Shown one piece after another: positions 19,901 through 27,153 of a DNA stretch of 64,000 nt. The stretch covers positions 2,562 through 66,561 of the IMG/VR virus record IMGVR_UViG_3300020370_000004. One strand, 5' to 3'. Numbering within the stretch: the stretch's first letter is position 1; the number at the start of each line of letters is the position of its first letter. The translations under genes and the position numbers were made by a program. The DNA comes from a virus. Below the pieces are notes generated by a model, which saw nothing but the letters and a program-made list of their open reading frames with translations, had not been told where the DNA came from and ran no database searches.

Positions 19901-22900
19901 GTGACAGTAGATGCTACATCAGCACATGTTGGAGTAGATGCTGCTGTGTCTGTGGCATGAGAAAGACTGTCGTTAACAATTGCTTGCTCAACGATAGAGA
20001 ATAAAGTATCGACTGTTGATTTAACAGAAGCACATCCACCAGGTTCTACTGTAATTGTAAGATCTTTAGACTGATCAACACCATGCCAACCCTTAATGTT
20101 AACTGTTTCATTAGCAAGAACTTCTTGTGAGATATTACTTGCAAGTTCCATAACAGCACGTGCTTGGAATTCTTCTCCATCTACGTGAGGAGTTCCAACA
20201 AAGTAACCTGCATGGTCATAGACAGCATCGTTACCACCGTTAGTAAGGTTATATGCTACTGCTCTTAGAACATCAGATACGTCATCCTTACAATCCTGAT
20301 TATGGTTAGGAATTGTAAATCTTGGATTTGCTATTGGGTCAGTTGCACGAGGATATTTCTTAGTGCTTTGATCTCCATGAGTACAACTTAACTCTAGTGA
20401 TTCTACTGAAATCTTAATTGTTGACTTAGCATGGCTAATAGCATTAGCAGCAGAACTTTGATAGGTATGAGTTGTTGTATTAGTTGATGGAATAGTATCT
20501 AATACTTGTACATCAAATGTATTTGTGGTGACATTAAAACAGTTAATCCACTTATCAGCAATTGGGTCTGAAGAACGAGGATATGCAGTTGTTCCACCAC
20601 TACCATGAGTACAACTAAAGCTGATTGCACCGACAGCAAACTTAACTTTATCACCAGGTTGGAACCCGTGATTGTTAATAGTTACTGTCATTATACCCGT
20701 TGATGGGTTATATGCACCATTAGTAGAAGTATAAGTTTGAGGTGCAAGAAGATCATTAGCACCGATGTTTAATACTAGAGCACCAGTTGTTGCATTATAA
20801 GTTCCTGAGGAAGGTACATAGTTGTTAATTGTTGATGCAGTTGCTCTCTTAACTCCATTAGATGTTGCACTAATAAATGTGTGAGCATAGTTACCACCAG
20901 TAATAACTGAGTTACCCAATGCAGACTGATAAACGTGTGCACTTGTGTTAGATGAAATACCAACATCAATAGTAATTGTGCTTCCAGTTGTTGATACGAT
21001 AGGAACTGCAGTGTTATATGTCTTGTCTCTCTTCTGCTGAATACCATTAGTAGTAGCAGATATGAATGTATGTGTATCAGTATTAGTAGAAGGAATAGTG
21101 TCAAGAACCTGAACATCAAATGATGTTGATGTTACATTGAAAATCTTTTGCCACTGGTTGTATACAGGATCAGATGATCTTGGATATGTCTTCTTAGCAG
21201 CTTCACCACTTGCACCATTATATCCACAACTGAATGTGAAAGAGTTCTCATTAAACTTAACCCAGTCACCATTTCTCATACCATGAGCAACAGTTGTTAC
21301 TACCTTCATGATACCCGATGTTGGGTTATATGTTGTACCAGATGTTGCTGTGTGTGAATCTACGAGTGCTCTTGGATATGCGTGCTCAGTTGAATTACCG
21401 TCAGCACCACACTTAAATGTAACCGCACCTGTTGTTAGTTTAATATGTTCTTTAACGTGCTGAAGACCACCATTAGTTGCAGACACAAATGTGTGAGCAT
21501 CACTAACGGATACCGCTACACCACCAGTACAGTCGAAACTAAATGTGTTCTGAGTAACTCCCCAGATGTTTAACCACTTACCATCAGCATATTGACCTGA
21601 CTTAGGATAAGATTCATTACCACCACCGCCATATCCACAAGACATTTGGATACTTGCTGTAGCTACATTAATCTTATCTCCTTCTTGGAAACCGTGATCA
21701 TTAATAGTCACAGTCATTATACCAGTGCTAGTGTCTAATGTTGCATCAGTAACTGTATGTGATGTAGGAGCTTCAAGGTTATGATTACCTATGGTCAACT
21801 CCATAAGACCCGTTGTAGGGGTGTATACAGCGTTTGTAGGAGAGAATGTAACAGGAGGTGTAGTACCTACGTTAATATCAAAAGTATCCTGTGTAATGTT
21901 AGAAACACTCTTCCAAACATTAAGAGCTGGATCTGTTGCTCTTGGATATGTGTGCTTGGAGAAGTTGTCATCCATTGAACAAGTGAATGTCAATGAATCC
22001 TGTGCGACCTGTACTTTCTCTCCTACTGTAAATCCATGACTAGGAATTGTAAGAGTTAATACACCTGTGATTGGTTCGTAGTTAGCACCAGTTACTGTGT
22101 GCTGTGTAAATCCAGTATCGTTGTAAACAATTGCTCTGGTTACAGCATTGGTTGTTGCACTTGACCATGTGTGATTAGTAACGTCAGTATTTGCTTTACC
22201 AACATTAACTTTAATATTATTTGCGTCTACCTTCTGTACACCAATCCACTTGTTATACCATGGATCAGTAGTACGAGGATATGATTTAATTGAAGCATCA
22301 CTATCTAAGTCACATGTGAACTTAATAGACTCTGTGGCGAACTTAACTCTATCACCATCAACAAATGGGTGACCATTCATTGTCAAAGTCATATATCCAG
22401 TTAAAGGATCGTATGATCCTCCAGTTGGTGTGAACTGGTATGTGGATACACCTTGGAATGTATGTGCAGTTGTGTTAGTAGGAGTTGTTCCGTTTAGAGC
22501 ATTGATAGTAATCTCATTTCCATTTACTGCATCAACAGCAACGTCTGTTAATTTTGAGATAAAACGTTCAACAGATTCTTCAGAGATAAACTTGTTATTA
22601 GCATTCAATAAGTTTGCAGCATCTTGAGTTAGGTTAGGAACCTGTCCATATACTGCTCTATCTAAAGTAATTCCTGTATCGTAATACTGAGGAGCAAGAG
22701 TATGAGGATGTCTAAGGATTGGTAGGTTACGGATAACCTTCATTGCATATTCCTTAGCATAACCAAATGCTTCAGCATACCTATCTTTATTACCTGTGGT
22801 TACATAATGGAGATAGTAGTTTGCAGCATCATATACTCTGTCATTACCACCCCACTTAAGGTTGTGATAAAGTGATTTCTGTAAGAAGTCCTTAACATCA

Positions 22901-25900
22901 TCAGTACAATTTGTTGTACCACCTGTAGGAGTATATCCTCCGTTGGCAGCAAGCATTTTCTTGACTGCTACTTCAGCAATCAATTCAGCATTATTAGCAA
23001 TTAGATCTGCACCATCACCTTGCTTGTTGCTTACAGGGAATGTGTTTGGAGTTCTATATGGTTTTCTAACATCATTGAATGAACCATCAGTACCAGTTGA
23101 TCCAGTAGAAACAGTTGTCTCACCAAGGTCTAGTGTAAATTCTCTATGATCATATACGTCATGGATAGCCCAAGTACCATTAATACCAGCAGTAGAACTA
23201 CCTGAAATTGTAACACCAGCAGATACACCAACATTAACAGTAACTGTACCAGAAGCATCTACTGCTGTGATTGGTAGAGTAGCACCGTATGCAGGATCTG
23301 TTGCTCTTGGATAGGCATGAGAAGTAGCATGGTTGTCTCTAGAACATGTAAAACTAATAGCACCATTAGCGATAACCAATGTGTTAGCAGTTGTATAACT
23401 GTGTGCACCGATTGTTAATACAAGATCACCTGTTACAGGATTATATGTTGCATCAGTTACATCTTTCTGAACACTACCCTGTGTAATTGTAATAGCATTA
23501 GATGCTGTACCACCATTGTATATGTGATGATGATTTCTAAATCCTTTACTTAAGTTGTGACCAGTATTGACCTTAACTTTAAGTAAGTTGTATGTCAAAC
23601 TCCACTCAGTAATAGGATGTGTAAATGTATCTCCTAATGCATTGAATGTTGTTGGTCCTATTGTAAGGGTACTAGTTCTAGTATTAGAACTTTCATAATG
23701 AGATTTAACATATCCGTATGCTTCTTCTGCAATAAATTCTTGGTTTCTCTTAATAGATTCAGCACCATCTCTATATCTCTCAGTCTGAGAAATCTTAGTA
23801 AATCCATAAGGAGAGTTCCTTAAGGATGCTAGAACGTAGTTACTAGATGAGATAACTGTTTGGTTACCAGTTGGATTTAAAGTCGCTGAGAATGTACTGA
23901 TAGCAGCTCTTACAACAAACTGGAGTGCGTATCCATCAGCACGTTCAATACGATGTGTGATGTACTTACGTCCATTAAGATCCTCAACGTTATCTAAGAC
24001 ACTGACTGTAGAACCAGTAGCAGTTGCAGTATTAGTTGTTGACTGAATATTTGCTGTCTTTAATACGAAGGTGATAGTTGTGTTAGAACTATTGTACCTA
24101 CCATAACCCATACCTAATGCAGTGTTGCCAGGTAGAGATGGAGTACCAGATCCAAGATCAAATTGATCAATATGATATGTCTTGCTTAATGCTTCAGATC
24201 CAGTTCCACTAAAGTTAAATTTAAGACCACATTCTCCAAGAGTTACCCAGTTACTGAAATGACCACTTGTAAGAGTATTGTCTACTCCCGAAATAGTAAC
24301 AGTAACTTCACCACTTGCTAAAGACCAAGAAGTGTTAGTGGAAGCACCGAAGTTAACAGCAGAACTTTGGAAACCATATAAATGAACTTCCTGTCCTACT
24401 TCATAGTCATGATAACCTGTACCAGCAAGAGTAAAGATAGGACCTTTATATGTTTGCTGTGTAGCAATAGTAGTATTAATTGTTGCAACAGATAAAAGAT
24501 TAGATACATTCTCAAATCTTTGATATCCGTGACCAGTAGTATTAAGAGGAAGAGTTACAGGATTATCTACTCCCTGTGCATCTTTCTGTACAGCGTTGGC
24601 AGCAGATGCTGCAAGTCTAAACCAATCTTTGTTTTCTCTATAGACATAATATGTGGTTCCTTCAACAAGACCATCAATACCGCCCATTTTACTTGAGCGA
24701 TATACAATACCATCACCAGTTGCATATTGATGTTGTGGAACCCTGATATTGTTACTTTCTGGCATTATATTGCCACAAGTAAACAAGTGAAGTTTTGTAT
24801 CAGTAGATACCGCAGTGAGGTCTTTTATGCCTGTAGTACCTATGGTTGCAGTAGCATTGGTATAAGTATCATACAATTCAACAGTATTGGTATCAATTAC
24901 TCTGACATAATATATCGTGTTATCAGCAAGACCTGCAAGAACTGTTGCTTCATCTTTTTGATAGTATACAGCAGAACCAGTTTCAAAATAATGACCAGTA
25001 ACTGTAATGCGATTGGTTGTAAGGTTAACCTTAGTAGCATCACCAGAGAATGCTTCAAAGTATCTTTCTGAATTAACTGTGTGCTGATAGATCTGATTAG
25101 AGATAGTCTCTAGTTCAGGTCTTAATGATTCAGCATCAGCAACGTCAAATCTATTTGATACACTTGCATTATTAAGGTCAGTAATAATATTTGCTGCTAC
25201 AGCATCATAGAATACTTTTTCAGCGTCTTGGAATACATCGTTAACACCTGATGTAATTAAAATCTTACATGTACCAGTTGAGTATGGCGATGCATCAGGA
25301 CCTGTGAAGGTAATCTCTTGAATAGTACCCAATGTACCAGAAGATCCACCTTGTACAAAGTAACCAACTACGAGAGTAGTATTGTTACCTGTGTGGTTGG
25401 TAAAGGTAATATTGAAAAGGTTATCACCACGGAATTTATCACCAGGAACTGCAGGTATCTGATATAGTTCTGGTTCGTAGTATAATCTTTGCTTATCGTC
25501 AAATACGAATGCATACTTCCAAGTATGAATTACAGTACTTTGTGGGTCAGAAGGATTCTGAAGTGCGTCTCTGAATACAACACCAAATACATACGTCTCA
25601 TTAGACGCTTTAACCATGTGACGATCTTGGTTTTGAGGTCTAAGAATAACACGACGAAGGTTGTCACCAATTAGTGAACAGTTCCTAGGAAGTGAAATTG
25701 GGTTGTCTTCAAGGTATTCACCACCAGATACGATCAGTGAAACGTACTCATCACTAGGATCTGGGGTTGCTTTCTGTAAAGTATAAGCAATCTGTGCTGC
25801 TTTCTTAACAGTTTTTACTGGTCTTGCAGCTGAACGACCATCATTTTCATCATTACCAATGGTCTGAGAGACATAAACACGACCACCAGTGTCGTTAGTA

Positions 25901-26577
25901 GCAACTTTATAGACAAAATCGGTAGTTGCTAACCTTCTTGACTGGTCAGTTAGGGGTGGAGTGTCAGCAGTTGGGTAAAATGTAGTACCGAAAGTTGGTG
26001 AAGTTACGTCTGTATCTTCATAGTTGATTAAATTAGGACCACGAAGATCAAGTGCAGGGTTGATAATCGTCTGAATATCTAAGTTAACAACCTGTGCAGT
26101 ATCAGAAATGATAGAACGAGTAGTTCTAATCTGTCCTTCAACGTCTAATTCATATAGGGGATCTGTAGTATTAACACCAACTCTAATATTATTCTGTGGA
26201 TTTAAGTTTAAAGTTATAGCATCCTTCTCATTTGCACCAGTACCCACTGACATTTCAATGGTCTCGTCACCCTGAATACTTAAAGATCTTACTCTCTTAT
26301 ATGCAAGAGTATTACCTGCAGTAATTACACCTAAGTTTGAACTTTGAAATGATAATTCATCATCACTTACTTTCGTTACAGTATATTGTCCATCTACCTC
26401 ACCGCCTGATGTGAAGTCAATATAAAGTTTTTCAGATCCAATAAATCCATGAGCAACCGAAAGAATAGTAACGACACCAGTTACCGACCTACTGTAAGTA
26501 GCGTTAATCCAATTTCCTGTGGGGGTACTCCCCGATGCTGATATTCTCTGTTGGTCAGAATTAATCTTAAGAGCCAT
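13969..26577 (-). CDS. Giant tail fibre/virion structural protein (4202 aa) with split beta-helix domain, three phycobiliprotein-like helical domains, YPR beta repeats and LDADKLD fibre repeats
   Basis: Uninterrupted ORF; YVSQTIGNDENDG...KTVKKA and GEYLEDNPISLP..SLIGDNLR beta-helix start; GGGDY/GSGY-type repeats; four L(D/N)AxxLD repeats; terminal SIGPITINNGYTITINSGGYWSI. Confidence 0.85.
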   Translation of the reverse strand: MALKINSDQQRISASGSTPTGNWINATYSRSVTGVVTILSVAHGFIGSEKLYIDFTSGGEVDGQYTVTKVSDDELSFQSSNLGVITAGNTLAYKRVRSLSIQGDETIEMSVGTGANEKDAITLNLNPQNNIRVGVNTTDPLYELDVEGQIRTTRSIISDTAQVVNLDIQTIINPALDLRGPNLINYEDTDVTSPTFGTTFYPTADTPPLTDQSRRLATTDFVYKVATNDTGGRVYVSQTIGNDENDGRSAARPVKTVKKAAQIAYTLQKATPDPSDEYVSLIVSGGEYLEDNPISLPRNCSLIGDNLRRVILRPQNQDRHMVKASNETYVFGVVFRDALQNPSDPQSTVIHTWKYAFVFDDKQRLYYEPELYQIPAVPGDKFRGDNLFNITFTNHTGNNTTLVVGYFVQGGSSGTLGTIQEITFTGPDASPYSTGTCKILITSGVNDVFQDAEKVFYDAVAANIITDLNNASVSNRFDVADAESLRPELETISNQIYQHTVNSERYFEAFSGDATKVNLTTNRITVTGHYFETGSAVYYQKDEATVLAGLADNTIYYVRVIDTNTVELYDTYTNATATIGTTGIKDLTAVSTDTKLHLFTCGNIMPESNNIRVPQHQYATGDGIVYRSSKMGGIDGLVEGTTYYVYRENKDWFRLAASAANAVQKDAQGVDNPVTLPLNTTGHGYQRFENVSNLLSVATINTTIATQQTYKGPIFTLAGTGYHDYEVGQEVHLYGFQSSAVNFGASTNTSWSLASGEVTVTISGVDNTLTSGHFSNWVTLGECGLKFNFSGTGSEALSKTYHIDQFDLGSGTPSLPGNTALGMGYGRYNSSNTTITFVLKTANIQSTTNTATATGSTVSVLDNVEDLNGRKYITHRIERADGYALQFVVRAAISTFSATLNPTGNQTVISSSNYVLASLRNSPYGFTKISQTERYRDGAESIKRNQEFIAEEAYGYVKSHYESSNTRTSTLTIGPTTFNALGDTFTHPITEWSLTYNLLKVKVNTGHNLSKGFRNHHHIYNGGTASNAITITQGSVQKDVTDATYNPVTGDLVLTIGAHSYTTANTLVIANGAISFTCSRDNHATSHAYPRATDPAYGATLPITAVDASGTVTVNVGVSAGVTISGSSTAGINGTWAIHDVYDHREFTLDLGETTVSTGSTGTDGSFNDVRKPYRTPNTFPVSNKQGDGADLIANNAELIAEVAVKKMLAANGGYTPTGGTTNCTDDVKDFLQKSLYHNLKWGGNDRVYDAANYYLHYVTTGNKDRYAEAFGYAKEYAMKVIRNLPILRHPHTLAPQYYDTGITLDRAVYGQVPNLTQDAANLLNANNKFISEESVERFISKLTDVAVDAVNGNEITINALNGTTPTNTTAHTFQGVSTYQFTPTGGSYDPLTGYMTLTMNGHPFVDGDRVKFATESIKFTCDLDSDASIKSYPRTTDPWYNKWIGVQKVDANNIKVNVGKANTDVTNHTWSSATTNAVTRAIVYNDTGFTQHTVTGANYEPITGVLTLTIPSHGFTVGEKVQVAQDSLTFTCSMDDNFSKHTYPRATDPALNVWKSVSNITQDTFDINVGTTPPVTFSPTNAVYTPTTGLMELTIGNHNLEAPTSHTVTDATLDTSTGIMTVTINDHGFQEGDKINVATASIQMSCGYGGGGNESYPKSGQYADGKWLNIWGVTQNTFSFDCTGGVAVSVSDAHTFVSATNGGLQHVKEHIKLTTGAVTFKCGADGNSTEHAYPRALVDSHTATSGTTYNPTSGIMKVVTTVAHGMRNGDWVKFNENSFTFSCGYNGASGEAAKKTYPRSSDPVYNQWQKIFNVTSTSFDVQVLDTIPSTNTDTHTFISATTNGIQQKRDKTYNTAVPIVSTTGSTITIDVGISSNTSAHVYQSALGNSVITGGNYAHTFISATSNGVKRATASTINNYVPSSGTYNATTGALVLNIGANDLLAPQTYTSTNGAYNPSTGIMTVTINNHGFQPGDKVKFAVGAISFSCTHGSGGTTAYPRSSDPIADKWINCFNVTTNTFDVQVLDTIPSTNTTTHTYQSSAANAISHAKSTIKISVESLELSCTHGDQSTKKYPRATDPIANPRFTIPNHNQDCKDDVSDVLRAVAYNLTNGGNDAVYDHAGYFVGTPHVDGEEFQARAVMELASNISQEVLANETVNIKGWHGVDQSKDLTITVEPGGCASVKSTVDTLFSIVEQAIVNDSLSHATDTAASTPTCADVASTVTTLFDILTTAIGTEAGGYGSLPTTRTVSAGDQQCIDDILHIIRAFQYDLRYTGNSGIVEAANKYISSGAIVHITEEIDYTRAIYAYAKELCIKAIRNDLEAGFFSKITPISNGSITVDSSAPECANVVSALTTNWGILDNVLSSGTAYSGAITNPDPLIEEQDAAKYKFPLLNIFLDLPVIEASPYIQNSSLISFLGGSGCDIDGAKVATPNVPRPGLKLDGQGNSIAQFDPQGKSMVANAFTIICFGGTAYNVTNDGYTQLVSVFAIFCQDGIVCQSGGYASVTNSASNFGTYSLRATGFRTDPYSFDIGVIDSITNDVDGNGVESGRQVIQVSGTTLTNIPVEDYIIRIGGTNPTDPAVEHIILETEVVSGAPGTQVVAKITTNRSMDFTDTASPNTRNSYANGNLSNLVSRAIQFHRPSVCNSSSHTWEYSGSGNTYAALPQNGGFGLGTAFEAAEESFGQVYTSGTNEFGDFKVGNFVTIFNRTGAISFVGTVSISELSSIKIVGGDITITGFSKDDNLGGTFTSDSLLPTQASVRDYISNNLGPYLNQPYSTNAVPSALVQLTSSGKINIDQIPALRPFNITSVTSEAERLAIENAQAGDIAIQTTATSFSVAPASVNTGADTITIASHGTNTGDGFTYTQGTTAIGGLSTNTKYFVIKVDDNTIKLSTTKSNANNNQELTLSGQGTGTHTFTTDGVAVSYILENDLESQFLAFTPDQNYSFSVGGIVQGSTTTARGTVSAFNDGQIFNFVISDGGGDYTGDFALTIGAPDSGSGVQAAATANVTSGIVTKVTITNAGSGYYTQPTVTAPNSPSNNNAVIAAQIEGRVSINIANNIKFDASDYLLDGANANLGTGTYAQTANTITISETGHNLANGELVYLDFTSGQGADGFYAMTLVNANEYTVTSATSTSTTGNVSRKRIIDLTRVINTSGSNIANWTQLTSTNIDASNIVAGTVDPERLANKGVSNSFTFLRGDSSWEYALQAIRPTTQDAIVIGGSVTDSTYIDSITITNGGTGYTNGTYQNLPLQGGNVSISDAGVARGTYIVSGGVITSASVTDSGTGYNAGFSITIPSEMGGGTGAILTAVKGTINRSYGNIEVDIKKGDNLTPAATVYGNYGVFRFRKDVANQAIGNQDQGGFVIDNDGQVSIDQGPGSMLNADKLDGNDAGFFTNASNLTQGTLDPSRLLNTTYAISISGTADKANRIFNEAASLTSNPSPAQAADGVSAALRNNTATGLSDGGTTHGIMTYRRQATGTASTQIAFTDSNNLWIRGNSGGNAVYGNWYEIWSGLNDGAGSGLDADKLDAHQGLWYQSGYNFGASQGGINKPMGDIFLPEVLGQDKMVFENFYLNDSGLKYTLYVPDFHVSTGTGGNVNNSGTYTIYSDVGATNNIGSIVVDANGVQELTHTSGEIYSLITGTIAFVGNNTNANIYVVGPNPGTKWTVTSSNLISGGSSTVIGMRDAAAGAKLQIGKASVSTTPTIDFRSSGQAPAYDVQFIISGGNTNNGNGTIRINTGDITVNGNTMWHAGNDGSSSQLDAHYLDGFTQSTSASANTIARRDGSGHLTVNDLTGDQGIFNNTGTSTLQLAGSSGINLGKSTTNTLSLQGRNDATVGYIKFGNDGNAFGYNGTYLSYNNVYFRSSRIGIGDSNPGSPLEIVAEGNPSSATAFFDLRDGRAGYGRITAGADGSSSFMTFTDTDNDMGWQLGADDSDQSWFVIRGFADASGALSTSFQSNAKLNASLAIYSATGRVFIGKGSGVSTGSGSRLTVGGAIETDNQLKSTVATGTAPLSVSSTTVVTNLNADLLDGYTALNLPYLGASVNTWLNDDGGQPRFYFGNNSHTYFRTGDNFYWRSDNDTSMGSCDGNGGTWTFYSGNDQVQTSYRVEVRGQNGLNIDSDSVGLSSGQRSVVLRANGDKQWIDTYGIIKRNRNNISENISINNGDNCQSIGPITINNGYTITINSGGYWSIN
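19478..23778 (-). repeat. Three nested phycobiliprotein-like helical domains interleaved with eight YP(R/K) beta repeats within the 4202-aa fibre
   Basis: CTDD, CKDD and CIDD motifs followed by (Y/H)(N/D)Lxx(G/T)GN; C-terminal helices CASVKS, CADVAS, CANVVS. Confidence 0.7.
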
Positions 26578-26590
26578 TAGTTCCCAACTA

Positions 26591-27124
26591 TTATGATACG
26601 ACTGTGATATCTAAAATACCAATCCACTTAACAGTAGAATTGGTTGTCACGGATTTTACCTCAAATGTAAAATATGGAGCACCTCCGATTAAGAAGGCAT
26701 CTGGCGTTACTAGCCAATCCTCTTGCCCAGGAGGATTGTTCTTAATAATGTTTTCGTGTGTAGCAGATACTGTTGGAGTTCCATCATTAGCTGTTGTCAC
26801 GATGACATCAAAACTTGTTGCGTAGACATACTGATTATTGGTAGTTTCCTGTCCAAAAATCTTTGCTGTAATAAAAGATACTCTATCCGCAGCAAGCGGT
26901 GGAGTATTTGTTGTGAGTGCAGTTGTACCATCTAAGGTTAACTGTAATGTGTTATTAGCAGCATCTGTCACTCTCTTAGTAATGTACTTATCATGTACAG
27001 CGTCGGTAAAATTATTACTAGTCATGTGAATAGCACTGATATTCTTCAGTGCGTACTCTGTATTACAGACTTCAGTAGATCCTACTGCAAATCCCCCGAT
27101 AGATGAGAAATTCTTTACTGGCAT
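26591..27124 (-). CDS. Putative virion structural protein (177 aa)
   Basis: KNFSSIGGFAVG start, beta-rich; own TATAAATA late promoter. Confidence 0.75.
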   Translation of the reverse strand: MPVKNFSSIGGFAVGSTEVCNTEYALKNISAIHMTSNNFTDAVHDKYITKRVTDAANNTLQLTLDGTTALTTNTPPLAADRVSFITAKIFGQETTNNQYVYATSFDVIVTTANDGTPTVSATHENIIKNNPPGQEDWLVTPDAFLIGGAPYFTFEVKSVTTNSTVKWIGILDITVVS

Positions 27125-27145
27125 GACTCTATATTACCTAAGGTT

Positions 27146-27153
27146 TATTTATA
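27146..27153 (-). promoter_or_regulatory. T4 late promoter TATAAATA
   Basis: Exact tatttata on the + strand, overlapping the stop of the 2450-aa gene, about 22 nt upstream of the ATG at 27124. Confidence 0.8.
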
